Below are positions 8,840-21,457 of a DNA stretch of 64,000 bases, one piece after another. Within the stretch, counting starts at the first letter, position 1; every line of letters begins with the position of its first letter. A program made the position numbers and the translations under genes. Below the pieces are notes generated by a model. That model was not told the DNA's origin. It saw only the letters and a list, made by a program, of their open reading frames with translations, and did not search any database. This DNA comes from Phoronis australis (taxonomy: Eukaryota > Animalia > Phoronida). The stretch is from NCBI GenBank assembly GCA_002633005.1, contig NMRA01000284.1:11266-75265 (forward strand), read 5' to 3'.

Positions 8840-11800
8840 AATCAAGCCAATAGCTGCGAAGACCCATTCGCCTGTCTGCCTACATAATCTTCAAGTGCTA
8901 CCGAATAAGCTGGCAACTTAGGTATCAGGAAATGCGTGCATGTGTCATTTTCGAATTCACGATTCTAGGACTGGCCAACCCCAATAAACCCTGAAGCATT
9001 TCTTGTTGTGTCGCTGATGGTTTCAACGTTCTTGTTGGTAATGGAAATCGAGTATTTTGGAATAGGCCCAACTAGGAGAACGATTTTATTAACATAAGTG
9101 GCTTAATTAATTTCTCGCTTTTATGTGTAAATGTTGAAGAAATTCAGTTTTAATAGTTTGAAAAATATTGTTAAGCTGGTGTAGATAAATATCCAGCTCC
9201 CTCCCCTTGCACCTAAAACCGTCCATATTTATGAACCGCAACCGTCAGTGATATTATCAAGAGTAAGTGATTACACTTACACACAAGCGAATCTCTTTCT
9301 CATGGATGTATATACAGTAGTATACGAATTACAATGCAAATAACTCCTTGGCATTTCATGTTTTATCACTTGCAGTTCTTCACATTTTTTGTTTTATTTC
9401 AGATTTCTTTTTTACTTGTTTGAACTTCATACAGTTATAGTTGCTGAAACGCTGCTATGAAAATATGCGTTCAATTTAATTTTCTTACTACCGACTGCGG
9501 TTAAGTTACATATATGACACCTGGGATGGTTGAAGATGTACATGAAATTTGATGGTAAGAAAAAACGCGATCAGTGGGCTTGGAAAGAAAAGGCAGATTA
9601 GTATTGCTCGAGACCAACCTCGGCCCCTAAATGATCCGCCGTAACAAGCCAGCTTGATCCTATTTTCAAGCTAGTTCAAACGAACTGACAGTTCCAGGGA
9701 TGTGACGAAGATGGCCGAATAGGGCGTCGTCCCCCTCACTGTTTATAGCCAGAGAACTTTCTCCTCACCAAAATTCAAATTCTGAAAATTGTTGTATATA
9801 GTTAAATAAATTTCAGGGTATGCTTTATTTCTACGGAAATAGAGTAGCTTTTTACAGTACTAAAATACGTCATTAACTTGTGATTCTGTTCGCACGGCAA
9901 AGCTGAAAACCAAAGTTCAATAACGCTAATACCTCGCAAAAAGTAAGACCTTGCGAGATTCCGTGAGATATCGACCTGTATTTTCAACTAGAGCGTGTGA
10001 TTTTGGCAGGATTTTCTTGTCGCGAGACAGCCACGGAACTCTAGGCAGGCCTCGGGATATCTGTTGGTAAACCATGACGTTAAGTTCAGTGTGACAGCGA
10101 AATCAAATATTTATCACGCTTGTTTGTTTTCGTACATGGGATAAACATGATATTGTCAACGTTTGATTTCTTATTATTTACGTTACTACTTACACATGTG
10201 GGATTTTCTTTTAAATGTCTATGTTTATGGACGGCGTCAGCACAAAAAATGTGGCGTTAAAGCCATCCCAGCGCCCTGTGGTGCGTCGCCCATGCGTATT
10301 AACGTGCACCGAGTTGTGATTAGTGTAACGTGTCGCCACCTGTCGGTCTTCTTGTAATTGGGTATGACCGTGAGCACTTCCCGCCACTGCCTCTGTTGTA
10401 TATTAGCAGATTTGCAAATCTGTCAATTGGCTTTTAAACGTCCATCCGTGCCAAGTATGTGCCATGTATGTGAAGCACCATCAAGTTTTCACTGGTATTA
10501 GTTAGTTGTGTGGACAGTTGTGGCGGTTAGGGGTGATCGCAGACGAATAGTTGCGAGCTCTGGACTATAGCTCAAATGGGGTTACCGCCACACAGCGAGC
10601 AAAATTCTTACTTCGTCTGATCTATTCATTACGGTAAACATCCGTTGTAAATGTAGTACACGCGATTAAAATGCGCAAGTGAGAAATTTGTTGTTGTATG
10701 GTGATGTAATTATTAACTTTCATTGCTACCAACGGTAATCCGCTGCTGAGTCACGACCGACCTCGCCCGCTTGTCGTGAGGAATTACATGTACGCTAACC
10801 AGGTAAGTGTGTTCCAATAAGTGGAACATTACCTTCACTGCCTCGCCAGGCAAAATCCGTGCGGTTCATTTTGCTGCTGCAGATTGTGTGCTATGATCTG
10901 AGCTCATTTGCGTTCGAGGCACGTAACCCTTGGTCTGCGCTGGCCCTTTCAATGTACTGTGGCGATTATAGGCGGCTTTGCCTTGGTAACTCTGTGTGTT
11001 GTATTTGTGGTACCAATAAAATGTCCCAGTTAAACTCACGGTGTTTCGTTTCATTTGCAACATTACAAATATTTTACGGTGTGGATAGGTTTTTATCCAA
11101 AATAAATAAATGTAGTACTTCCGGATGGTATTGGTTCGTTCTTAATTGTCTTTTGGCTTGTTAGCAGTAATACGTCTACTCATTCCCGGCGGCACATGGT
11201 ATGAAGGCCCGGCCATCATTATCGGCGACAATCGAAACGAACATTTCAACAGTTGTTCAGGGCTTTTTTCATCAAAATACTTCGATTTTCTTACGTGAAC
11301 GTGTGTTTCTTTAGCATAAATCTGTGAGGCCTGTGATGCTCGACTTCCCCGCCTGTTGAGCCAGGTAACATATTTAAAGTTCCCTTTTAAAGCTCACTTT
11401 GCCCGGAATGTGATTTTAAAGTTCAGCCTTCATGTCCAACAGCACAGTAGACCTATTCTGGTAACAACAAAGATTGCACTGGTTACCAGTTATAGATGCC
11501 AAGTTTTCAAAACGTATTTTCAAAATTGTGATTTAGGAATATGAGGTTTTTGCAGTATCATACATGCTGTCGAGTGGCCGCGATCTTTCGGGAAAATTTG
11601 AAACTCGGAGAGGAATACAATCGATAATTAGTCAATTTATCCCCAAATGTTACTCTAGAGAGGTTACTACTCCAGTGTGCTTCGACTCACTATTTTCCTA
11701 TCGTATACACTCAGGAGCTTAGACCATCAGACACTCACGCGAAATCGACGGTTGAAGCCTGGTACTGAAACCGCCTAGGAACTAGTCGTGTGGTCAAATT

Positions 11801-11946
11801 CAAGGTTTATGTTTATGACATTGATAGTCGATGAAGGCAGAAACAATGTGTAGTGTCTGCATTCTGGGAAATTGGCGTGATTTAAGAAAATGTTGACAGT
11901 GGGGCTTGTATGACCGATGTTTCGAGCTTTTCGCCTTTGGTTAAGC

Positions 11947-12125
11947 TCATCTTTCCAAGACGCACACTTTGAAAGGAGAGGGTGAACGCGTAAGAGCTAG
12001 GATGCCATCAAATCCCGGTAACACGTGACCCTGCGGTTGTCTAAACGAGAATTTCTGGAGCAGCATTGTGAAGAAAATGAATAGTTCCATACGAGCTAGC
12101 GATTCTCCAAGACACACGCGCTTAC
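11947..12125 (-). CDS. Cytochrome P450 (clan 2, CYP2-like), coding exon 4 (heme-binding Cys, stop)
   Basis: Acceptor ttttcgcag|; (G)[27 protein letters not shown]...VLER*; completes FSIGKRVCLG (FxxGxRxCxG). Confidence 0.96.
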
Positions 12126-12543
12126 CTGCGAAAAGAAAAACGACATTATTAAAAGTAATATTTAACAAAGATTATGTTAGAAACTTCAGAGAAGAATTGC
12201 TCAACAGCGAATTGCTTAGTGAAACTCTCCCTGACTGCAATTGGCAATAAACAGAATAATATTTGGAAATTTAGTTAGCAACGTAATATTCGTAAGGTCT
12301 AAACATCCGCGCCTTCTCATGGCTGTCGAAGTCAACTTTTGATTTAGGCCACTAAGAACTATCTCAACTTGTTTTTTACAGACTGACTAGAAAGGGTTTC
12401 TTGGCTAGAGAAGAACTGACAGTTAATTATTGCTTAGACCCATGTTTGTAACGGCCATTGCGGGTTACTTTATAGGAGACAAGGCAAAGGATACCAACGA
12501 CACGGTGTTGCTTTAGACGAAGAGGGTTGCTATTTATGTAATA

Positions 12544-12790
12544 CCAGGGCCCAGGATCTAAGCTTCAAACTCCAAACTGTACTCGGAATTACTTTTTACC
12601 TTGTTCGTACTGCTTTCAATTAAACTCAAGTTAAGTGTTTATTATTCATGATTTACGCAGATGAGTTTTATTCCAAGTTAGCACTTGCTAAATCCTTAAC
12701 TCAAGTTACAAACTCGAGTAAAAACTCGAGATTTCGTGTAATGACTCAAAATTTCCGCGTTTTCAGACTCGAGCTTTGAATGCCGGGGTC
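12544..12790. mobile_element. Degenerate MITE with AAACTC subrepeats in P450 intron 3
   Basis: ggcccaggatctaagcttcaaactc at the left vs gagctttgaatgccggggtc at the right; repeated aaactc/gagttt words inside. Confidence 0.4.
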
Positions 12791-13183
12791 ATCAAGTGCA
12801 AACTAGGGCAGGACAGTCATCCAGGTAAACCATGCAAAGCTCGATCACAGAATAATGGACAATTATTTCGAGTTCATATTAGTGGAACGCGAAGTGTCAA
12901 AAAACATTCCGAGTTTGACCTCGAGAGCAAAGATTAGATCTAGGGCTAAGCATAGAGCCTCTAATCTCAATCCAAACTCAGATTCGACATAAACTCAGAC
13001 TCAGGGGCATGATTTGAGTAGAAAATTATAACTTTTTTCGAAGCGTAACATGCATTTTGTAATTTTCTAGTGGAGTTTCGAGTACCAAAATTACTTAAGT
13101 TATCGGGCCCAGAACATGTTTGAGTGGCTTTAAAAATTTCACATTTGAACTGACCACTTTACTACGACCTGAAACGAACTTAC

Positions 13184-13624
13184 CAATACTAAAAGGTATG
13201 AAAGACTCTGGTTTTGACACCTTCCCATCAGCATTAATGAAACGTTCGGGATAAAATGTTTCGGGATCGGGGAAAACGTCCGGGTTCATAAGCACTGCCG
13301 ACATATTTGGTAGAATCACGGTATCCGACGGGATGGGGTGGCCGTTGATCAGAACATCTTTTATTGTCCTGTGGAACAGGCCTAACGGGGTTATGTTACC
13401 CAGGCGGAGCGCCTCGCACAGAAACGCCTCTGTAAAAGGCATTTGTCGCATGTGAGTCATGCTGGGCAATTTGTCTCTCCCAATAACGTCATCGATTTCG
13501 GCTTGAACTCTCTGCTGGTACTCGGGGTGGTGTAAAAGGTACAGTATTGACCACCGCAATGTCGTGGACGTCGTTTCAGTGCCAGCGCCGAAAAAATCGT
13601 TGAATACTTTGGCCATTTGTGTCT
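13184..13624 (-). CDS. Cytochrome P450 (clan 2), coding exon 3
   Basis: Acceptor ttctttgcag|, donor g|gtaagt; contains I-helix AGTETT, K-helix EALR, PERF and FIPFSI; 441 nt, phase 1-1. Confidence 0.96.
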
Positions 13625-13944
13625 CTGCAAAGAAGATCAACATTAAACTAGTGACGTTACTTTTAGAAAGTGCATCTAGTATCTACCTAAAAACACAATG
13701 TTTGACTGCAAGATCGAAATAACGGGGGGGGGTGCTTTGCCAAAGTTTTTGCACTGCCGCACGCAGTTTTCTAACAGAAAGACAAAATAGCCAACGTGGA
13801 CTGTTTGCTCTAAGCTCAAAAGGTGGTGTGACAGGAAGATGTGACTGAAATAGTTTATTCACCATATGCTTTTAGTTCTAGATTTTAGTGCGTGTGAGTG
13901 CATTTGCGTTGGTGGATACGTTGTCATTGCGGTAAATAACTTAC

Positions 13945-14466
13945 GCAGTTCTTCCGACTTGTCAGGGCTTTTCCCATTCTCGTACATTGCATTGATATAG
14001 GCGTCGATAAAAGTTTCAATGTTTTGGGGGTCAAACCTTTTTAGACGCTCCATCACTCGGTCCTTGTTAAAGTTGGTCGATAACACGTCAGTATGATGAA
14101 TATAACTGAGCCAGAATAAATCGCCCGGTATGTGCCGTAAGGCGGGGATGAAGTTGACGATTGCGCCTTTTGCCATAAGCTGGAGACCGGTGTCGTATCT
14201 TTCGATCAAAGTGTGGAATGTTGGGTCGTCATATTCGAACCGCTGGCCGTATATAACAGAGCACGTGACATTGGATATGGCCTTCGCGAGAAAGTAGTGC
14301 ATGTGCACCGGTTTGCCGTCGGTTTTGACAAGTTCTTTGATCAGTATGGAGCACTCTTCTTGAATCTTGTCTTCCATTGTGGCTTTTCCAAAACCAAAGT
14401 CCCGTAAAATGTTTTGAAGAACCTTTCTATGAAGCATCCAAACCTCGCCGTCTGACATAACGATGC
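13945..14466 (-). CDS. Cytochrome P450 (clan 2), coding exon 2
   Basis: Acceptor cgtttcag|, donor c|gtaagt; (G)IVMSDGEVWMLHRK...LRDFGFGK...IQEE...FIDAY; 522 nt, phase 1-1; WxxxR C-helix motif. Confidence 0.95.
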
Positions 14467-14516
14467 CTGAAACGAGCACAATTAGGCGTTAGGTAACGCT
14501 AACATGCTTTCCGATN

Positions 14517-15061
14517 TTCCCATTCTCGTACATTGCATTGATATAGGCGTCGATAAATGTTTCAATGTTTTGAGGGTCAAACCTTTTTAGACGCTCCATC
14601 ACTCGGTCCTTGTTAAATTTGGTCGATAACACGTCAGTATGATGAATATAACTGAGCCAGAATAAATCGCCAGGTATGTGCCGCAAGGCGGGGATGAAGT
14701 TGACGATTGCGCCTTTTGCCATAAGCTGGAGACCGGTGTCGTATCTTTCGATCAAAGTGTGGAATGTTGGGTCGTCATATTCGAACCGCTGGCCGTATAT
14801 AACAGAGCACGTGACATTGGATATGGCCTTCGCGAGAAAGTAATGCATGTGCACCGGTTTGCCGTCGGTTTTGACAAGTTCTTTGATCAGTTTGGAGCAC
14901 TCTTCTTGAATCTTGTCTTCCATTGTGGCTTTTCCAAAACCAAAGTCCCGTAAAATGTTTTGAAGAACCTTTCTATGAAGCATCCAAACCTCGCCGTCTG
15001 ACATAACGATGCCTGAAACGAGCACAATTAGGCGTTAGGTAACGCTAACATGCTTTCCGAT
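14517..15061 (-). other. Near-identical second copy of most of P450 exon 2 plus acceptor, cut at an N gap (probable uncollapsed allele)
   Basis: 14517-15061 repeats 13971-14515 with a few SNPs; the junction is the N at 14516; this copy lacks the donor end. Confidence 0.85.
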
Positions 15062-17043
15062 CAGAAAGCAAATCGGAAATTTAATCTGACCTCCGAAAAA
15101 ATCACAAGTGAACGCCCATATATTATCCGTATCAAATCAGCAAACAGATTTGCCTTCCAATTAGCAGGCAACATTAAAATGACGCAAGCCTAACTTGTGT
15201 TGTGATTAGGCTCTGTTTGTCAGTTGTGATCGCACGTGATTGGCGAGAATATTAACATTTTGGTAATAGCTGACTTTCGTACTAGCCGCGCCATATTGCA
15301 ATTCACTATCCCGCCAGACGGCGAACTGCGTTTTAACACCTCCCCTGCTATTATAATGCTGGCAAATTTCCACTGCTGTGCGGTGGGACGTATTTAAGTT
15401 TTACAAGAGAGGCAAAATTTTTGAAATATCAATACATGAGCAAGGATGACATGTTCCATGGGCCTACATTTCCCACTACTGACGAATAAGAATCCGCTAC
15501 AAAACCAGAGGCTGCGGCTGATAAAGCGGGTGAATTCGATCACAGCCGAGATCAAAAATTCAAAAATCAATTACTGACTTTGAACTAATCAAACAATGGG
15601 AGGGGTTGACAAAATCTATTCCTCTACTTTTAGATTAATGAACCACTACGCAGTAATTGAATTTCAAGTGTCCGCCATGTTTTGGGTCGGAATCGGCAAT
15701 CGAAAGTCAGTTTCGTGTTTTCATTTTACTCTAGAGAACGTCAATACGAAAAGTCACCAGCTGTGGCTAAGCACAATGCAAGAGTAACTTGTCTGCTATA
15801 GAATAAGCATTTGATAACGAAATTGAGGGTTGGACTGCCTTGCGAAGTGATTTGAGCATTTCCGGAAATGCCGGCGATCTGACGGTTAGGCAATCGGGAG
15901 CCTGGTTACCTTTGCCTTACCTGATAGTCTTACAAATATAGCTTTACCTTTAGTTTCTTAGTTTCGACTGATTTTAAAGTTAACATATAAAGTTGTTTAT
16001 CGATGAAAAGCCAATAATCCCATTGCTCGAATAAGTAAGTGAGTTAAAAAGTTTTTCGAATGAACTCGTCATGTGGACACACTTTATGGTCAAATATCCT
16101 TTAAAAAATACGATAACTCGCTATATCTGCTAACCTAGGCAGCTTTTTGTAGAGTTTACTGTTACCAGGGTACTGCACTTTCCGATCACATCATGCCCGA
16201 CGCCGAGCGGAGTGAGCTCTCATGTAAGGCGCTGAAGGCTCGCTGGTCCCCTACGTGCCTAGCCAGCACGCAGGTATCACGCAGTGGCACGCGCTTTAGC
16301 ATTGGTTGATGTAACCTCAACAGTCATTGGTTAGCTTTACAACACCGTGAAAAATGGCGGACTGTAAACGATTTTTAGCCTTGTCAAGCAAGTGGCGCCG
16401 CTGCAACTATTTCGTTTCTGCAATGATGTTTAATAGCCGTGTGCTTGAAGCGCATACATGTACAATTAACACATATCTGACCGATTTATTATTGTGTTAT
16501 CCATACTGTATGAATACAAGACAGTATCGTAAACAAAAGTCATCGACAGTAGAAAGATGCATTCCGAAAAGGCGCAATCACAATTTCTAGGATTCACATT
16601 TCCTGAACATAGAATTTTAAGCACTGATTTGTCTGTACAACAGACCACATTTATACTTCAGTCCATCAGTCAAAATTAAGTGATACCTGCGCGCTGACTA
16701 CTGACCATCTCGCGGCACGTAAGGCACCAGGGAGTACCTGTAGGTCACGTGATTGAACAGCCGCGTGAAGCGGAGGGTTGTTGGTCTCGCACATTTGTGC
16801 GAAACTGTTATTAAAAGAAAACCACACTCACGTAAGAAAACCGAGGTAAATTTCAGTAATGAAATGCCGCTCCGAACAGCTGTTGTCTGAGATCAATTCG
16901 TGTAATCCTGTTCAACTCTGCGCATTTTATTCATGCTTTATTGCAGCACTACTACCGGTATATGGACATGTACAGCTCCAATATTGAAAATAAGATACTA
17001 ATGAATAATGAATTTTAATCGATTTGCTTTCAAACACTAAACG

Positions 17044-17198
17044 CTGTGGCGGATTTAGAGGGGGGAAGGGGTCCATGGCCCCCTTAAAATTCTCCCAGGT
17101 TCCATTTGACAGTTCAGGGGGTGCGAATGTCTGAAAGGCAAAATCCTGACTAATACTGTGCCCTGCCTACCCCACTCAAAATTCTGGATCCGCCCCTG
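17044..17198 (+). mobile_element. MITE family A copy (short form)
   Basis: ctgtggcggattt...ctggatccgcccctg; flanks aaacg / aaaca. Confidence 0.8.
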
Positions 17199-19293
17199 AA
17201 ACAGTGCTGTAGTGAAGAGTAGGCGTACGTAGGCGCAGCCAACCACCTTTAGGCAATTGAACGTAGCGCCTACGCACCGTAAGTTTACGATGGGCTTTGG
17301 GCGCCTACTTACCTCTAATTTAACCACTACAGCACTGCCCTGAAAAGGATATCAAATCCACTTTTAAGCCTATAAGTAAGTATTGACTACTACGACTAGA
17401 ACCACTCAAAGAAAAAAGCCCTGTTCCTGTTGCCAACTGTTGGAGCGAGCTTCGGCCGCAAACTCCTAAAAAAGTCTACTGAATACAGTTGGGTGCGCTG
17501 CGGGATACAGGTTGTTTTTCCTTTCAGTAGTGTCGAGTCCCAAGTATCAAGAGGCACCGGATTCTCCGATGTACGATTCTCGGGCTCGCAAAAAGACCAG
17601 TATGTAAAGTGTATCCGGCATCTCATGAAATTTGATCCCTACAAATTAGCTTATCTTCCGGTAAGAAGTTTCTGGGTCGGTTGCTACTTTACTTAGCTCC
17701 CACCTATTCCCGATGTGCTCGACTCTTTCGGCGGCAGTCACGGTTTCTAGTAATGCGTAACACTACGGACAATAGGGAAAACTACGAAGGAATGTCGTAT
17801 TAGTAAAAAATCATGCTTTGTTCCTGACGAAATCACGAAAGCAAGGTTTAGTATCCTTTTCAAGTTTCAGTGCCTTTTTGGCCGATACCGGGGCGACCAT
17901 GGATTTTGATAGCGGAAAAGGTCGTTTGCAGATCACAGACACTCTTTAGTGCATACTCCGGAGGCACTGATACTGATAAGGACGCGTCTCCAGCTGCCGT
18001 TCCCCCGCTAAACGTCGGTCCCTGGATCAGGAAAGGAACATCACATCCCGGCCCACGCTCCTAAACTTCACCCGGCCCAGGTTAATCCGTCAAACTCCAC
18101 ACCCAGGAACCAATNTTAGTACAGAACGCGATAGAACGTATTGTAGTGCGAATCTGAAGTTCATTTGCCATAACAGCAATGCTTTTGGACATTTTTCGAA
18201 CTAAACGGCTAAAAACTCGAAGACAATAACAGAATACACTCTGCTACCGTATTGGGCAAATGACCAAACGACGAGCTTTTGCCCCACTTCCCGTGACGTC
18301 ACAGTTAAGTCTCACATAATCTCGCGTTATTGTTATAAACTCGCAAAAGGCCTATTAAGGCGCTACCTGAAGGCTCGCTGGTCCCCTACGTGCCTAGCCA
18401 GCACGCAGGTATCACGCAGTGGCACGCGCTTTAGCATTGGTTGATGTAACCTCAACAGTCATTGGTTAGTTTTACAACACCGTGAAAAATAGCGGACTGT
18501 AAACGATATTTAGCCTTGTCAAGCAAGTGGCGCCGCTGCAACTATTTCGTTTCTGCAGTGATGTTTAATAGCCGTGTGCTTGAAGCGCATACATGTACAA
18601 TTAACACATATCTGGTCGATTTATTATTGTGTTATTCATACTGTATGAATACAAAACAGTATCGTTGACAAAAGTCATCGACAGTAGAAAGATGCATTCC
18701 GAAAAGGCGCAATCACAATTTCTAGGATTCACATTTCCTGAACATAGAATTTGAAGCACCGATTTGTCTGTACAACAGACCACATTTACACTTCAGTCCA
18801 TCAGTCATGCCGGCATAGACTATATAGAGTGTCTATGATGCTAGTTTGTTTGCGTAAAGCGCTGCCTGTTGAGAATTCGACTAGCCAATCAGAAACGCCA
18901 ATGTAAAAAAATTTCCCTAGGAAAATTAAGTGATACCTGCGTGCTGGCTACTGGCCATCTCGCGGCACGCAGGGAACCAGGGAGTACCTGTAGGTCACGT
19001 GATTGAACAGCCGCGTGAAGCGGAGGGATGTTGGTCTTGCACATTTGTGCGAAACTATTATTAAAAGAAAACCACACTCACGCAAGAAAACCGAGGTAAA
19101 TTTCAGTAATGAAATGCCGCTCCGAACAGCTGTTGTCTGAGATCAATTCGTGTAATCCTGTTCAACTCTGCGCATTTTATTCATGCTTTATTGCAGCACT
19201 ACTACCGGTATATGGACATGTACAGCTCCAATACTGAAAATAAGATACTAATGAATAATGAATTTTAATCGATTTGCTTTCAAACACTAAACG

Positions 19294-19448
19294 CTGTGGC
19301 GGATTTATAGGGGGGAAGGGGTCCATGGCCCCCTTAAAATTCTCCCAGGTTCCATTTGACAGTTCAGGGGGTGCGAATGTCTCAAAGGCAAAATCCTGAC
19401 TAATACTGTGCCCTGCCCACCCCACTCAAAATTCTGGATCCGCCCCTG
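19294..19448 (+). mobile_element. MITE family A copy (duplicate of 17044-17198)
   Basis: Same termini and flanks, inside the duplicated block. Confidence 0.8.
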
Positions 19449-20632
19449 AAACAGTGCTGTAGTGGAGAGTAGGCGCACGTAGGCGCAGCCAACCACCTTT
19501 AGGCAATTGAACGTAGCGCCTACGCACCGTAAGTTTACGATGGGCTTTGGGCGCCTACTTACCTCTAATTTAACCACTACAGCACTGCCCTGAAAAGGAT
19601 ATCAAACCCACTTTTAAGCCTATAAATAAGTATTGACTACTACGACTAGAACCACTCAAAGAAAAAAGCCCTGTTCCTGTTGCCAACTGTTGGAGCGAGC
19701 TTCGGCCGCAAACTCCTAAAAAAGTCTACTGAATACAGTTGAGTGCGCTGCGGGATACAGGTTGTTTTTCCTTTCAGTAATGTCGAGTCCCAAGTATCAA
19801 GAGGTACCGGATTCTCCGATGTACGATTCTCGGGCTCGCATTGAAAAGACCAGTATGTAAAGTGTATCCGGCATGAAATTTGATCCCTACAAATTACTTA
19901 TCTTCCAGTAAGAAGTTTCTGGGTCGGTTGCTACTTTACTTAGCTCCCACCTATTCCCGAACTTCATCAAAACGATGTGCTCGACTCTTTCGGCGGCAGT
20001 CACGGTTTCTAGTAATGCGTAACACTGCGGACAATTGGGAAAACTACGAAGGAATGTCGTATTAGTAAAAAATCATGCTTTGTTCCTGACGAAATCACGA
20101 AAGCAAGGTTTAGTATCCTTTTCAAGCTTCAGTGCCTTTTTGGCCGATACCTGGGCGACCATGGATTTTGATAGCGGAAAAGGTCGTTTGCAGATCACCG
20201 TCAGACACTCTTTAGTGCATACTCCGGAGGCACTGATACTGATAAGGACGCGTCTCCAGCTGCCGTTCCCCCGCTAAACGTCGGTCCCTGGATCAGGAAA
20301 GGAACATCACATCCCCGCCCACGCTCCTAAACTTCACCCGGCCCAGGTTAATCCGTCAAACTCCACACCCAGGAACCAATTAAGCTCCATTGACTCCTGG
20401 GGATCACACTGAGATTCCTGACTAGGTTGTGGCCGTTGATGGTCACCGGGTGGGCATGCAAGGCTCATGGAATTTGGGACTTGGGCTCTAGAATTTGAGG
20501 CGCTCGCATGGGAAACGGCCCCCCTGATACCAGTTCCTCACGATGACACGTAATCGATAGCTTTTACCCGAGTAAAAAACGCCACAACAATTAATTAACA
20601 ATTAACGCCAGAGAATAAAAACTCGATCTCAC

Positions 20633-20987
20633 CTTGCTTGTTCGAAGTCATTTCGAACATGACGAAGTTTGGTCGACCCGTAAAATTTCCTCCTTGTTTC
20701 GTAAACGCTTCTCTTATAGTGGCGTAGCTGTTCAAAATAACCATTGGTATGGTGCCAAAATAGATTGTGAATATGTCTCCATACCTCTTGCCTAATTCGG
20801 GAAGAGTTTTATCCACACGTCGGCCCACCGTAAGCAAATTTCCGATAACGGGAAGAGGTGTGGGGCCAGGCGGGTATCGCTTGCGTCGTTGCAGAACATC
20901 GAAAATCCAATGAGCGACGGCAAAAGTAAACAAAAAGATCGCAAATCCACCGCAGTAACGTATTATTATAGAGCTTACTGTAAACAT
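20633..20987 (-). CDS. Cytochrome P450 (clan 2), coding exon 1
   Basis: ATG at 20987; signal anchor then RRKRYPPGPTPLPVIGNLL...YGDIFTIYFG...IREAF...GRP; donor g|gtgaga. Four exons total 1497 nt = 498 aa + stop. Confidence 0.95.
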
Positions 20988-21334
20988 TTTCCCTGTGAAG
21001 TGAGGCTCGCTTGATATGACCTTCGACGGACTTTGCTTCGGTCCCGGCAGACGATTGCACAAACTAAGACTGAGTCAAGCCCGTTATCAGACGATCCACG
21101 GACTGATTGGTACTGCACAACGCAATTGTGTTGATTTCTATGCTATCGTTGTTATTTTGATTACCATCCTATATAAACTGTTGTGGATCCATTGGCCGCC
21201 TTAATTGCCAGATCTGGCGAAACTTCTAGCTTTGCGTTTGCAACCAAGAAGGCGGTCAATACTGTAACACACGTACTCCACTCTACCCTGTTTGTTATCA
21301 TACCCAGATCAAACAGGTTACACAAAAGCGTAAT

Positions 21335-21457
21335 GGTTCTCCTCCCTTGAATTTCATGCGGTTCAGTGTATGGACCAATAAAGCTTTGGTACATCAGCAC
21401 TCGCGGTTCTCCTTTGAATTTCATGCGGTTCAATGTATGGGCCAATAAAGCTTTGGT
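21335..21457. repeat. Tandem duplication of a ~68-70-bp unit upstream of the P450 start
   Basis: ggttctcc..ttgaatttcatgcggttca.tgtatgg.ccaataaagctttggt at 21335 and 21405; each copy carries CCAAT. Confidence 0.8.

Larger units (their letters stand above)
16225..20380. repeat. ~1.9-2.0 kb direct duplication in P450 intron 1 across an N gap (probable haplotype redundancy)
   Basis: 16225-18114 matches 18356-20380 with scattered SNPs and indels; copy 1 ends exactly at N 18115. Confidence 0.88.

Noticed and set aside
14489-15025. Second P450 gene or mutually exclusive exon
   Set aside because: Near-identical copy cut exactly at an N gap with no donor site; best explained as allelic redundancy.
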